Made by a program: the position numbers and the translations under genes. This document shows positions 20,866 to 32,265 of a DNA stretch of 64,000 bases, in pieces. Each line of letters begins with the position of its first letter. Within the stretch, counting starts at the first letter, position 1. The notes under the pieces were generated by a model, which did no database searches, was not told the DNA's origin, and saw only the letters and a list, made by a program, of their open reading frames with translations. Source of the DNA: an uncultured Verrucomicrobiae bacterium (GTDB lineage: Bacteria; Verrucomicrobiota; Verrucomicrobiia; Limisphaerales; JAFGQR01); contig CAWBHS010000026.1 of the NCBI GenBank assembly GCA_963788655.1, forward strand, positions 32,001 through 96,000, written 5' to 3'.

Positions 20866-21950
20866 GAGAGAATGCGGCCTTCGTCGAGGAAGATGCCCTT
20901 GAAGTTCATTTCCAGCGCCTGAGGATTGGTCGCCTTGGCCAAGGCTTCTTTCTTGGTGACTTTGCCTTCCTTGACCAGTTGGAACAGCGCCTGGTTGAAA
21001 TTCAGCATGCCTTCTTCGCCGCCGGTTTCAATCGCCGCGGGGAATTTGTCCAGCCGGTTTTCTTCGATCATTTTCCGCACCGTGGCGGTGTTGATCAGGA
21101 TCTCCAGCGCGGGCACCATGCCCGTATGGATGGCCGTGACCATGCGCTGACAAACCACCGCCCGCAGGGTTCCCGCCAGTTGCCGGCGAATTTGCTCGCG
21201 GTCATCGGCCTTGAAGAAATCCAGGATGCGCGTGACGGATTGGGAGGCCGATGGTCGTGTGGAGTGTGGAGAGCACCAGGTGCCCGGTGTCGGCTGCGCT
21301 GATGGCGGCGGTGAAGCTGATCGCGTCGCGCATTTCGCCGATCATGATGACATCCGGGATCCTGGCGCAGCACGTGCTTGAGCGCGTGGTGGAAGGACAA
21401 GGTATCCAAGCCGACTTCCCGCTGTTCGATGACCGATTGGTTGTCTTCAAAGACGTATTCGATCGGGATCTTCCAGCGTAATGATGTGCTTCTTGAAGTT
21501 GGCGTTGATGTGCTCGATCATCGCGGCCAGCGTGGTGGATTTGCCGGAACCGGTGGAGCCGGCGACCAGAACAATGCCGCGCGGGGACTCGGCGATTTCC
21601 TGTAATACCGGCAGCAGGCCCAGTTCTTCGAAGCTGGGAACCTGCACCTTTACGTAGCGCATGGCCAGACAGCACTGGCCGCGTTGTTGAAAGAGATTGG
21701 TGCGAAAGCGGCCAACGTCAGGCACGAAATAGGAGAAGTCCACTTCCCGTTCTTCCTTCAGACGGTTTTTGGCGTGCGGAGGCACCATGTGCTCCACCAC
21801 GTTGTTCATCCACTCCTCAGTGGGGAAGGGGCACTCGATGGCGACGAGTTGGCGATTGATGCGGAAGATCACCGGCGTTCCGATCTTGAGATGCACATCG
21901 GAAGCCCCGCCTTCAACGGCGGTTTTCAAAATGCGATTGAAGTTTTCCAT
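20862..21950 (-). CDS. pilT: Type IV pilus retraction ATPase, PilT/PilU family, split by several frameshifts
   Basis: [80 protein letters not shown]. Confidence 0.88.
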
Positions 21951-21982
21951 GCCCCGACGCTAGCAGGCTCCCTTTCGGAAGG

Positions 21983-22303
21983 CTAGCGCGAAAGCGCCAA
22001 AGCGCTGAGCCGGGTCTGCGTCTGCGGGGATACGTTGGTGAAGACCATGGACACCAAATAACCGGCGTGCCGGTTGCCATTGCAGGCAACGACGACCCCC
22101 GTGCAGTTCAGATCACGGGGTTCTCCCGGCGTTTGCAGGGAGACGGTCATTTCCGCCCAAACGTTAACCGGAGTGCTGCTCCGAAATTCGATCCCGTTCC
22201 TTCGGATTTGAATCGCGCTGGCGGGCAAATCCAAACGGGTTGTCTGTGACGCAACGGTCACTGGTTGGAAATCTTGTGCGTTACCTAATTTGCTGCCGCT
22301 CAT
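21983..22303 (-). CDS. Hypothetical protein, PilZ-like beta-barrel
   Basis: IRRNGIEF....V..W.EMTVSL......LNCTGVVVAC......Y.VSMVF pattern; adjacent to pilT. Confidence 0.5.
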   Translation of the reverse strand: MSGSKLGNAQDFQPVTVASQTTRLDLPASAIQIRRNGIEFRSSTPVNVWAEMTVSLQTPGEPRDLNCTGVVVACNGNRHAGYLVSMVFTNVSPQTQTRLSALALSR

Positions 22304-22390
22304 ATCTGGTAGCTTAACATACGGAAGCCGAACGTCAACGAAGCGTGATAACAAATTTGCAACGGATCAGGACGCGCCCAGCGATCCCCT

Positions 22391-23422
22391 TTACCATTCG
22401 ATCACGGCAGCGGCCCACGTCAAGCCGGCGCCGAAAACTACCAACAACACCAAGTCGCCCCGTTGTATCCGGCCGGATTCCACCGCCTCATCCAGGGCAA
22501 TGGCCACGGAGGCGGCCGAGGTGTTGCCGTATTTGTCGAGATTGACGAATACCTGCTCCGGTTTGGCGCCCAACCGTTCGCCCATCGCATCAATGATCCG
22601 CCGGTTGGCCTGATGGGGAATGACGCATTTGATGTGCGAAATATCGAGGTCACACCGGCGCAAAGCTTCCAAGCCCGCGGTGTACATCGCGGTGACGGCG
22701 CATTTGAACGTTTCCTTGCCATCCATTTGCAAGTAGTGCAACGAACCGGCCACCGTTTCCGCGGTTGCGGGATTGCGGCTGCCGCCAGCGGGCATGTAAA
22801 TGAGTTCGCTTTTCTCGCCGTTGGCACCCATGCAGGCGGTCAACAAGCCATGCGCCGCCGGACGATGCTGGAGAATGGCCGCCCCGGCCCCGTCGCCAAA
22901 GAGGACGCAGGTGTTGCGCTCCTTCCAGTTGACGATGGCGGACAGTTTTTCAGCCCCGATCACCAGCACCGTTTCGTAGGTGCGCGACATGATGAACTGC
23001 TGCCCAATCTCCAAAGCATAGATGAACCCGGAACAAGCCGCTTCGATGTCAAACGCTGCCGCGCGGGTGGCGCCCAGTTTCTGTTGCACCAAACAGGCGG
23101 TGGCGGGAAACGGCATGTCCGGCGTAATGGTGGCCACAATGATCAAATCGATCTGGTCAGCCGTGATGCCGCCTTTCTTCATCGCTTTTTCAGCGGCGCG
23201 GGTGGCGATATCGGAAGTAAATTCATCCTCCGCGGCCAAGCGACGCTCCTTGATGCCAGTGCGCGTCGTGATCCAGTCGTCGGAGGTATGCACCATTTGC
23301 TCCAGTTCCTGGTTGGTTAACACACGGTCAGGCACGTACGAACCGACCGAGAGAATGGAACAGGTACGCCCTTGGAACCCGTGCCGGGCGCGGGGATTGG
23401 TGAATGGTTTGCTCGTGGTCAT
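22391..23422 (-). CDS. fabH: 3-oxoacyl-ACP synthase III
   Basis: WITTRTGIKERR, AACSGF, LFGDGAGA, PHQANRRI, YGNTSAAS, FGAGLTW. Confidence 0.97.
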   Translation of the reverse strand: MTTSKPFTNPRARHGFQGRTCSILSVGSYVPDRVLTNQELEQMVHTSDDWITTRTGIKERRLAAEDEFTSDIATRAAEKAMKKGGITADQIDLIIVATITPDMPFPATACLVQQKLGATRAAAFDIEAACSGFIYALEIGQQFIMSRTYETVLVIGAEKLSAIVNWKERNTCVLFGDGAGAAILQHRPAAHGLLTACMGANGEKSELIYMPAGGSRNPATAETVAGSLHYLQMDGKETFKCAVTAMYTAGLEALRRCDLDISHIKCVIPHQANRRIIDAMGERLGAKPEQVFVNLDKYGNTSAASVAIALDEAVESGRIQRGDLVLLVVFGAGLTWAAAVIEW

Positions 23423-24471
23423 GCGGAAATCGTTACCGCGGGAAGAGGGACAATCTGGCTTTTACTCAGGCGCTCATTGGCCTGGGCAATTTCATGGGTG
23501 ATGTTTTCGGTAAGTTTGTGTTGAATGCTTTCCATGGCCACCCGAATCGCATTGGTGATCGCCTTGGCGCGGGCGGAACCATGGGCTTTGATTACCGTGC
23601 CGTTTAATCCCAGCAATGGCGCACCGCCGTAAGCGTCGGGATCCATCCGGCGCTTGATGCTGCTGAATCCGCCACTGGCCAGGGCCGCCCCAACTTTGCG
23701 CAGCGGATTGCGGTTGAGTTCGCGTTTCAAAAGTCGTCCGACCGCCTTGCCCATGCTTTCGATGGTTTTGAGCACGATGTTGCCCGTGAAGCCATCGGCC
23801 ACCACCACTTCCACGCGGTCAGCAAAGAGGTCGTGGCCTTCCACATAGCCAATAAAATTCAAGTCAACCTGCTGGCACAGCCGGGCGGCTTCACGCGTCA
23901 AGTCGTTGCCCTTGGTGTCTTCCGTCCCGTTGCTCAGCACTCCCACCCGCGGGTGTTTGTGGTGCAGCAGTTCTCGGGAGTAAACACTGCCCATGATCGC
24001 AAATTGCAGTAAGTGGGCGGGCTTGCACTCGGGATTGGCCCCGGCGTCCACGAGCACAAACTCCCGACGATCCGCCGGGATCACGGTGGCGATGGCGGGG
24101 CGGTCCACCTGGTCCAATCGGCGCAACTTGAGGGTCGCGGCGGCCACCAGTCCTCCCGTGTTGCCGCGGGAAATGACGGCCTGGGCTTTGCCGTCCCGCA
24201 CCAATTCGATGGCCCGCACCATCGAGCAATCCTTCTTCTTGCGGACAGCATCCAGGGGTTTGTCCTCCATCGTCAGCACTTCACTGGCGTGAAGAATTCG
24301 CAGGCGGGAATCCTGGCAGCGATGACGGCCCAAAGCCGCTTCAATATTCCGCTCGTCGCCCACCAGGTAAAGCTCGGCAATATCCGGGTACGCGGCCAGA
24401 GCCAAACGGACGCCATCGATAACCACCCCGCAACCGAGGTCGCCCCCCATGACATCCACTGCAATTTGCAT
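23419..24471 (-). CDS. plsX: Phosphate acyltransferase
   Basis: IAVDVMGGD, GNTG, RPAIA, DAGAN, DGFTGNIVLK, YGGAPLLGL, KAHGS; canonical rpmF-plsX-fabH order. Confidence 0.97.
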   Translation of the reverse strand: MQIAVDVMGGDLGCGVVIDGVRLALAAYPDIAELYLVGDERNIEAALGRHRCQDSRLRILHASEVLTMEDKPLDAVRKKKDCSMVRAIELVRDGKAQAVISRGNTGGLVAAATLKLRRLDQVDRPAIATVIPADRREFVLVDAGANPECKPAHLLQFAIMGSVYSRELLHHKHPRVGVLSNGTEDTKGNDLTREAARLCQQVDLNFIGYVEGHDLFADRVEVVVADGFTGNIVLKTIESMGKAVGRLLKRELNRNPLRKVGAALASGGFSSIKRRMDPDAYGGAPLLGLNGTVIKAHGSARAKAITNAIRVAMESIQHKLTENITHEIAQANERLSKSQIVPLPAVTISA

Positions 24472-24525
24472 AGAACAATGAAAAAGCGCAGTTAAGCTCG
24501 ACAGCTTTACCGCGCTTGCAACGTT

Positions 24526-24714
24526 TTATGATCCCGCAGTGACCGTCAAAACCTGGCGCCCCTTGTAATAGCCGCAAGCCGGGCAAACCCGGTGCGGTAC
24601 GTACGGCGCCGCGCATTGCGGGCAGGTGCTGAGTTGCGGCAGCTTCAGCGTACTGTTGTAGGCTCGCCGCATTCGCTGGCGACTTTTCGACGGTTTTCTC
24701 TTCGGTACACCCAT
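24526..24714 (-). CDS. rpmF: 50S ribosomal protein L32 (Zn-binding type)
   Basis: MGVPKRKPSKSR..RR, CPQC..PHRVCPACGYYKG. Confidence 0.97.
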   Translation of the reverse strand: MGVPKRKPSKSRQRMRRAYNSTLKLPQLSTCPQCAAPYVPHRVCPACGYYKGRQVLTVTAGS

Positions 24715-24721
24715 AATTCAA

Positions 24722-25202
24722 TCACAGTTTCAATTTGTCCAACGGCTCCCAAACGGCGGAAGCCGCCTCCGTTTCCCAGTCGTTGGAAGACTCTTCCCGA
24801 TGCACATCGGCCAAGCCATTGCACTGGGGACTACACAACGGATGTTGCGGAAACGCGAGGAAAATATCGTCACGGATGTAAGGCGTCAAGTCCACGCAAT
24901 CGTTAATAATCGCGGCTTTTTCCTCGCCCTCCAGCTCCAAGAGGCAATTCCAATGATCTTCCTTGATCTCCTGGACAAAGGGTTTGAGACAGCGAACACA
25001 CTCGCAATCCAGACACCTGCCGCAGGTGGCCGCGCACCAAAATCCCGTTTTCCGTCTTCTCCGCCTGCAGATCGTATTGCAGCGGTTGCTGGATATGAAT
25101 CATTTCGTCGCGCGTGTCCCAATCCATTTCCGCGCACGACAGTTCTCCTTGCAGGCGTACGTCGTTGGTGGCGACCTGCTGAATATTGACGAGCAATGGC
25201 AT
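24722..25202 (-). CDS. yceD: DUF177/YceD family protein, frameshifted near 25010
   Basis: N-terminal part in 24903-25202; C-terminal VDLTPYIRDDIFLAFPQHPLCSPQCNGL..WEPLDKLKL; upstream of rpmF. Confidence 0.85.
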
Positions 25203-25217
25203 AACAGTGTTTAGCGT

Positions 25218-25724
25218 TCAAGTTTTCGAACCTTCGGGAAACAACACCGAGGCGAATTGACGCTGCAACGCACTGACCACGTGGGCCGGCACAAAGGGCG
25301 AGACATCGCCGCCCAGCCGCGCAATTTCTTTGACGATGCGCGAACTGAGAAAGGTGTATTCGTCTTTGGGCATCATGAACACCGTCTCAATCCGCTCGTT
25401 CAACTTACGGTTCAACAAGGCCAACTGAAATTCAAATTCAAAATCAGACACCGCCCGCAAGCCCCGCATCACCGCCTGCCCCCCACGATTTTCGACATAA
25501 TTGATCAGCAGGCCGTCAAAATCCTCGGCGGAAACCGTCTGATAGCGGCGAATGGAGGTTTTAACCAGTTGCAGTCGTTCCATTTGGGAAAACAGCGGGC
25601 CTTTTTCCTCACTCCGGGCCACCGCGACGATGACCCGATCAAATATCTTGGCTGCGCGCCGGACCAGATCCAAATGCCCATTGGTAATTGGATCAAACGT
25701 GCCCGGATAAATGACGATGCGCAT
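25218..25724 (-). CDS. coaD: Phosphopantetheine adenylyltransferase
   Basis: MRIVIYPGTFDPITNGHLD, RGLRAVSDFEFE, LSSRIVKEIA. Confidence 0.97.
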   Translation of the reverse strand: MRIVIYPGTFDPITNGHLDLVRRAAKIFDRVIVAVARSEEKGPLFSQMERLQLVKTSIRRYQTVSAEDFDGLLINYVENRGGQAVMRGLRAVSDFEFEFQLALLNRKLNERIETVFMMPKDEYTFLSSRIVKEIARLGGDVSPFVPAHVVSALQRQFASVLFPEGSKT

Positions 25725-25827
25725 AAGGAGGTGAAGCTTAGACAACTCCGCCACCAATTCCCACTGAAAATTTCAAAATCAATGGTTGCGCACTCCGGCG
25801 GATTTGCGTTAGCAATACCCGCATTCG

Positions 25828-27054
25828 ATGAGCACCCTGCGCTCAGTCCTGTTGATCAGCGTTGCCCTGGGCAGCGCCGCCTCATCTTTGGCGCAGATTG
25901 ATCCTGCCCATCGCGAGCTGATTCAATTGGGTTACAATCAACCGATTACCGGGAAAGGCCCTTTGGCGGCGTACGCCTTCTATTACCTCAACAAACCCTT
26001 CACCAATCGTTACACCAATCTGACGCTCCGTTTGGCAATTGCCCCCGTGTACGTCGATTCGGAATTGGGCATCAGCCGGGCGCTCGGCCCGCACACCGAC
26101 TTGGGCCTCGGATTGGCAGGCGGGGGCTTTGCCGATGGCTACAGCGAGGTCTATCGCGGCACATACTATCAGAACCAGTCTTTCGATGGGCACGGCGGTG
26201 AAGTGGGATTAAGCATCTATCACCTGTTTAATCCCCGTGACGTCATCCCCCTTTACGCCGTGTTACGTGGAGCCGTCCACGGAACGGTTTTTGACAAAGA
26301 CAATCGCACCGCCCCTGACTTCGTCCTGCCGGAAAATCAATTCATGTTCCGGGTGCGCTCCGGATTGCGCTGGGGCGGCGTGGAACCAGTGATCATGCCG
26401 GAACTCGCGATGGAATTGTCGGGATGGTACGAAGGCAGTTTCCGAATGGCGCCGGGGCGCTACGGCTTTAATGGCGACCGGGAGTTGATTCCGGCAGCGC
26501 ACAAGCTCTGGGGACGCGCACTCCTGGCATACACCCTGCCCAAACTGGAGCACAGTTTCCGTGTGTCACTTACCGGCGGGGGCAGTTTGAACGCCGATCG
26601 TTACAGTGCTTACCGGCTGGGGGGCAACCTGCCGCTGTACTCGGAATTCCCCTTGTCATTGCCCGGGTATTACTTTCAAGAGTTGAGTGCCGAATCGTTC
26701 GTGCTGCTGGGCGCCAGCTATGACATTCCCTTGGATCATCAGCATCACTGGAAATTGGGCGTGCTAGGCACCGCCGCCTATGTTAATTTTTTGGATGAGT
26801 TGGAACAGCCCCGTCACTGGAACAAAGGGGCTGGGGCCTCTCTTAGCTACCGTTCTCCCAGTGATTCCTGGCTGGTTGCCATCGCCTACGGCTACGGCTT
26901 CGACGCAATTCGTGACGATCACCACGGTGCCCATAGCATTACTTTTCTGGTTCAATTTGATTTGGGAAGAACCCTCCGACGAATATACAATCCCAACGTC
27001 AACTTGAACCGCTCCGGTGGCCTGCAATCAATCATGCGCAACATATTTCGCTAG
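25828..27054 (+). CDS. Hypothetical exported protein, probable outer-membrane beta-barrel
   Basis: Signal peptide (ASSLA-Q); Gly/aromatic-rich amphipathic strands. Confidence 0.6.
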   Translation: MSTLRSVLLISVALGSAASSLAQIDPAHRELIQLGYNQPITGKGPLAAYAFYYLNKPFTNRYTNLTLRLAIAPVYVDSELGISRALGPHTDLGLGLAGGGFADGYSEVYRGTYYQNQSFDGHGGEVGLSIYHLFNPRDVIPLYAVLRGAVHGTVFDKDNRTAPDFVLPENQFMFRVRSGLRWGGVEPVIMPELAMELSGWYEGSFRMAPGRYGFNGDRELIPAAHKLWGRALLAYTLPKLEHSFRVSLTGGGSLNADRYSAYRLGGNLPLYSEFPLSLPGYYFQELSAESFVLLGASYDIPLDHQHHWKLGVLGTAAYVNFLDELEQPRHWNKGAGASLSYRSPSDSWLVAIAYGYGFDAIRDDHHGAHSITFLVQFDLGRTLRRIYNPNVNLNRSGGLQSIMRNIFR

Positions 27055-27075
27055 GGGTCAGACCCGAATGGTTTA

Positions 27076-29637
27076 TTATTGTGCGATGGTATGTTCTGAC
27101 CCCGTTTCAAACTGGTCTTGGGTTTTGTTGTAATGCAGTTTCGTTAGGCTCAGGCTGGAGGCGGCTTCGTCCAGCAGGGCGGCAATGGATTGCTGCATGA
27201 GCAATTGTTCGTGCTCCAATATCCAGTTGGCCAGCGGCAACGTTAGCAGCAACATCCAGATCCAGGGTTGGATGGAAGCCAGCAGGCTGATAACCAGCAG
27301 TTCGGTGCCCAGCAACATCCAAAACAGAATCTTGGCAGACAATGACCAATGAGTCTCCAACCGACACCGCAAATTGATCCGTCCGCGGTCGAGCTGTTCG
27401 GTAACGGTTGTTAAACGAAGACGGCTCCAGCGCGGCCCAAAGATTTCCAAATCGTGGTCCGCCCAACCCGTATCGGTTTTGGTTTGCCACTGTTCTTGAT
27501 CCAGTTTGGCGACCACCACGTTCAGAAAGGTGTACCGATCCACATTCCCTTTTGACCAGTAATACAAATGCTCAAGTTGATCGCGTTTCCAGGGACTGGT
27601 CAAAGAGCCGAGACGCTTGTCCGACGGATGATGAATCGAGCGGAGGCGCAACCGTTGGCGGTAACGCGCCAGCCCGCGCTCCAGGGGTTGGAGAAAGTAT
27701 AACAACGCGATCAGGGGCCGCGACCAAAAGCGGCTTTGCTTGCGGGGCAACTCCGCTTGGGCCGCGGCAACGGCGCAGACCGTCAAGGACAAGATGAGGC
27801 TGGTGATCGCCAAGGGCCACAACGGAGGAAACGCCGCCGCCAAAACCATTAAGGGCAACGTGATCAAGGCGTGGTATTCCAGAGAAGTACCCAGCATCAC
27901 CGCATAAGCGGGGCGGGACGCGTAGAGCTTTTGGAAAAAGCCGCTGCCGAAGATGCCGTGGTAAATGATCGAAGGTTCCACCACGACGCCGAATTTGGAC
28001 GGCGCGTAAATCCGGCCCCGCCAAATACTGCGACCCACCGAGTTGAAATATTCCGGGTGCTTGCGGGAAAGCAGCGCCTCGGCTTCGCCATAGCCGCTTT
28101 GTTGCTGCAGATAGGCGCGCACGGTGGACCGCCGGTAGTGCCACACAAACCCAGTCGGGCTAAAGCCGATCCGGTGACCGCGTTGTTGCAGGCGCCAACA
28201 GACATCAACGTCATCACCGGCTTTACGGAACGTGGGGTCGAAGCCGCCGATCTCCGCGAGCGCCCATTTATAGAAAGCCATGTTGCAGCCGGGAATGTGT
28301 TCAGCCTCGCGGTCAGAGAGCATCACGTGCGCGGGCCCGCCGGGTGATACCATGACCGCGGAAGCAACCAACGAATCGTCTGGCGGTAAGAAATTGTGGC
28401 CCCCCATGCCCACGTAATCATCTTGTTGCCAATCAGCGACCAGGTAGTACAACCAGTCTTCATCCGCCCGGCAGTCCGAATCGGTAAACGCCACAATTTC
28501 GCCTGAGGCCGCCGCAATGCCGGCGTTCCGGGCGGCCGACAATCCGAGATTGGCCTGATGGATACACCGTAACGCCGGAAATCGTTTCGCAATCTGCGCC
28601 GTATCATCAGTCGAGCCGTCGTCCACCAGGATGACTTCGTAATCCGGATAATTCAGGCGGAACAGCGACTCCAGGCAGGCCAGCAACGTGCGCCCGCCGT
28701 TGTAACTGGCCACCACCACGGAAACCTTGGGTTGCCGGCGTACCGGGAAGTACGGGGCCTGCCGGTAAACTTTTTGAACGGCGCCGAACGCTGGTTTGGG
28801 TTGCCGGTCGCGCTTGGTCAAGCCAAACGCCCAGTCGTCGATCGGCACGCCTCCGCGCCACCAGTCATCCGTGAAACTGAATACAACGGCACCGGCGACT
28901 CCGTTGCAAAAAGCGGATTCAATTTGCCACGAAAGGAAGTCGGCTTGCTGTTCTTCCCCTTGCCGCAGCGAGTCCATACCGAATTCAGCCAGTACCAGAG
29001 GTTTGGTGTCGGCGATCATCTGCAGCCGCGCCAGGTAACTCTCGAAGGCCGGGCGCTCGTGCAGATAGACGTTCATGCTGATGAAATCCACGGTTTGCGG
29101 ACGCAGAAACTCCGTGGGCGGAAAACTGGTGTAGGTACAAAGCACGTCGGGATCGATGGCTTTGGCTTCATCGACCAGTTCATCGATGAAGGCCTCCACC
29201 CGGCGCACCCCGCTCCAGCGCACGATCTCGGCCGGGATTTCGTTGGCGAGGCTGAAAGCCAGGATTGCCGGGTGTCGCGCGCAAGTGCTTGCTGCCTGTC
29301 GTACCGCCGCGCGGGTTTCACGCTGCAACTTCGGCGAATCTAAAAAGCACAGGTGCTTGGGCCAGGGAACGTCAACGAGTACCTTGAGGTCAAACTCGTG
29401 CGCCAAATCCAGAAACCATTGGGGAGGGACGTAATACACGCGAACCGTGTTGGCCCCCAGCGTGCGAAGCTGCGCAAAATCCTGCCGCACCGGTTCCGTC
29501 CCAAGGAACGTCTCGTTGCGCTCATTCGGCGCAAACGGACCGTAGGTCACTCCTTTGATGTAGAACTTGCGCTGCCCGAGCCGCAAAAACTTCCCGCCCA
29601 CAGTGACGCGAATCGACGATGGGGCGGTGGCGGCCAT
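27076..29637 (-). CDS. Fusion of a clan GH-A (GH2-like) TIM barrel, a GT2 glycosyltransferase and membrane segments
   Basis: KGVTYGP, GANTVRVY, LANEIP, LAEFG; then VSVVVASYN, VDDGSTD, GLSAARN, FTDSDC, GCNMAF, GDDVD; C-terminal TMs. Confidence 0.88.
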   Translation of the reverse strand: MAATAPSSIRVTVGGKFLRLGQRKFYIKGVTYGPFAPNERNETFLGTEPVRQDFAQLRTLGANTVRVYYVPPQWFLDLAHEFDLKVLVDVPWPKHLCFLDSPKLQRETRAAVRQAASTCARHPAILAFSLANEIPAEIVRWSGVRRVEAFIDELVDEAKAIDPDVLCTYTSFPPTEFLRPQTVDFISMNVYLHERPAFESYLARLQMIADTKPLVLAEFGMDSLRQGEEQQADFLSWQIESAFCNGVAGAVVFSFTDDWWRGGVPIDDWAFGLTKRDRQPKPAFGAVQKVYRQAPYFPVRRQPKVSVVVASYNGGRTLLACLESLFRLNYPDYEVILVDDGSTDDTAQIAKRFPALRCIHQANLGLSAARNAGIAAASGEIVAFTDSDCRADEDWLYYLVADWQQDDYVGMGGHNFLPPDDSLVASAVMVSPGGPAHVMLSDREAEHIPGCNMAFYKWALAEIGGFDPTFRKAGDDVDVCWRLQQRGHRIGFSPTGFVWHYRRSTVRAYLQQQSGYGEAEALLSRKHPEYFNSVGRSIWRGRIYAPSKFGVVVEPSIIYHGIFGSGFFQKLYASRPAYAVMLGTSLEYHALITLPLMVLAAAFPPLWPLAITSLILSLTVCAVAAAQAELPRKQSRFWSRPLIALLYFLQPLERGLARYRQRLRLRSIHHPSDKRLGSLTSPWKRDQLEHLYYWSKGNVDRYTFLNVVVAKLDQEQWQTKTDTGWADHDLEIFGPRWSRLRLTTVTEQLDRGRINLRCRLETHWSLSAKILFWMLLGTELLVISLLASIQPWIWMLLLTLPLANWILEHEQLLMQQSIAALLDEAASSLSLTKLHYNKTQDQFETGSEHTIAQ

Positions 29638-29638
29638 G

Positions 29639-30013
29639 TCATTCTTGTTCGGCCAGCTTGAGTGCCCTTTCGAGCGTGGTCCAGGATCGTCGTTCGAGCT
29701 CGTTACTGACGGTCCAGTGGTACTTCCAAATCAGATTGTCAGTGTCAGGTTTTTGTGGATTGACCAGCGTCAGCGTCCGTTGGAAGTCGTCGATCACTTG
29801 TTTGTTTGAAATGTTTTCCAGATCGACGATGAGCCGGTTGTATAAATGTTCGGCCTGCTTTTGATACCCTTTGGTGTACAGCAGGATAAACGCCTCCCGT
29901 AGCTCCACGTGCTTGGACTGATTGGCGTTGATTTGGTGAATCACCATCACGCTGCAAACCACGAGGAACACCGCAAACACCAGCATTGATCGATAACGAC
30001 GAACAAATCGCAT
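29639..30013 (-). CDS. Hypothetical membrane-anchored protein
   Basis: N-terminal TM, helical body; stop 1 nt before the GH/GT2 start. Confidence 0.65.
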   Translation of the reverse strand: MRFVRRYRSMLVFAVFLVVCSVMVIHQINANQSKHVELREAFILLYTKGYQKQAEHLYNRLIVDLENISNKQVIDDFQRTLTLVNPQKPDTDNLIWKYHWTVSNELERRSWTTLERALKLAEQE

Positions 30014-30464
30014 GACATCATTGGACTGTGGCCCGCCACAACGAATTCAGAGGCCCGTTCACTCCACTCGAAGAACGAACGCCACGGTGTTGTTGCGCCA
30101 GTGCCAGCAAGGCCCGTTGGACGAAGTCCCATGAAATAACATTTTGAAGCCGAGAATTCAACTGCTCGGTGATTCTGCAAAGATGCTCAACCTCTAAAAA
30201 GTGTGTGCCGACAGCATGCCTTTGTTTTAACGGAACCAGAGGGAACTGAATTTGGTTATGCCGCTGATTGCTCACCGGAACCAAGCAACGGAACTGGTGT
30301 TGACGGCTGTCTTTTGTCGGGAACGAATCACCGATTGGCGCAGACGCGTCGGAATTCGTGGCTGGGTTTCGTTACCACGCGGCTCCCAAAATCCGGTCGG
30401 TGCAGCAACGCCGCCCTGCCCTGTTCTTGTCAAACCCGACTTCGTCGTCCCAAGTTTTCACGCT

Positions 30465-32176
30465 CTACTGCGTCCACTCGAACACCAGCAATGACACGGC
30501 TTGTCGCGGAAGGCTGAAATGCAGCGATTGTCCTGCCGATTTTCCGCGCGCACAGTTTCCGGTGCGTCCAACGTTGCGAGTTGGCCGGCTTGTTCGAGAC
30601 GCTCGTATTGTTCGGGGGTGGGCGCTTGGGGCGAACCCATCTTTTGCCAAAGAGCAAAGGCGTTACTGTGTTCGCCATCGATCCGAAAATGCCGGAGGCG
30701 TAGCGCGTCGGCCGGGTGAGGCAGGCCAGCGACGACCAGTTCAACCTCCGCATCCGGGCCGGGCACATCGTCATCATGATAGTGCCAGGTCATCACGCAT
30801 AGGCGGTTTCTCTCGCGGGAGGCCAATGCCGAAACATCGGGCCGGTTGCGCACCCCTGATTTCAGGATGGTGGCAAGTGGCACCGCGCCGTCGCTGTCGG
30901 CGGCCACTCGTTCGCCGCTCATTTGACTGAACATGCGAAAGACGTTGAGCACGGGTTTGTCAACGCCATGGGTGGCGAGTGCGCGAAAGCCGGCAAAGAA
31001 CGGTTGGTTCTCGAACTCGAACGCCCAGGTCAGCGCGCCGGCGAAGTTGACGCCGTGCCGGTCGGCCAGGTCCTGCTTGCGCGCAAAACTCGCCGCAGTG
31101 TAGCTCGAATACATGGTGCCGTTGCGATAGGCGAGTTGCGGTCCCTGACAGGCAGCGCAACCTTCGGGATCGGATTCGCCAATGACAATGGGCGTATTCC
31201 TCAGTTCCGGATACGACGCAATCATGCCAAAGCCCTCATCGATGGTGCGCAATTGATTGGCAATGCCCATGCGCACGTGGCCGGCAAGGAAGCGCGGGGA
31301 ACCTTTGGCGTGGAAGGATACAAAGTCCAGGGGCGTGCCCCGGTGGCCCGTGGCGTAGTTGGTGCCGCGCAGGCAGTGCTCAAGGAAATCCCGCATGAAC
31401 TGTCCGCCGCTACCCGCCGTGTCGGGACCGCCCACGCGGGCGTTCGGTAGCGCGCGGCGCACGGCGGCTACGGCGTAGTCGTGCAGCCTGCGAAATTCCG
31501 CCGGCGTGCCGCGCCAATAACCGATGTTCGCTTCATTCCAGGTTTCCCAATACCACGAGGCCACTTCGGCGGCACCGTAACGATCGACGCAATGCTTGGC
31601 CCACTGGTAAACCAATTCGGACCAGCGCTGGTAGTCCTTCGGCGGATAAGCCCAACCGGTATAGATCTCGTCGTATTTGGCGCCGGGCCGCCAGTGATGT
31701 TGATACGGCTCCGGCTTGATCGAGAGATCCTTGGGCATAAAACCAATCTCGACGTACGGCCGCACACCCCGTTCCAGGTAGGTGTCGAAAATGCCATCCA
31801 TCAGGACCCAGTTGTAAATCGGTTGCCCGGCTTCGTTTTCGTGGTAAACGCCGGTCGAGCCCCATTTCAGCGCGGGCGTGCCGTCGCCGGAACACAGGAG
31901 GCTATGCGCGCGAAAATAGACTTGCTGCAGCGCCAACTCGCCCAGTTCGGCGATCAGTTTGCGACCGTAAGGCATGGTGGCGTAGTTGGGTTCGTCCGCT
32001 CCAAAGAAACGCCAGATCGGTCGCAACTGCCCGAGCGAGCGGCCGGCGTCCACGCGAATGTGAACGGGAAAACTGGCAGCAGATGACGAGGCGGATTGCT
32101 CGGTGTCTGGTGCTGCCGGAATCTGCGTGCCGCCGAGCAACAGTAAGATCGAAGTTAGCGTAAACTGGGTGCGCAT
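30465..32176 (-). CDS. GH39 beta-xylosidase-like glycoside hydrolase (frameshift near 30530)
   Basis: FFGADEPNY, RPYVEIGFMP, WETWNEAN (acid/base), VGGP, IVIGESDPEGCAAC (nucleophile); true C-terminus LPRQAVSLLVFEWTQ lies in the 30465 frame. Confidence 0.9.
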
Positions 32177-32265
32177 TGCAGGGCACAGTATCCGCCTCCG
32201 CGCTAAGTTAGGTCAAAATGAAACGGTAATGAAACGGTAAGGTGTTCTGTGCTGAGATTCCCTTT

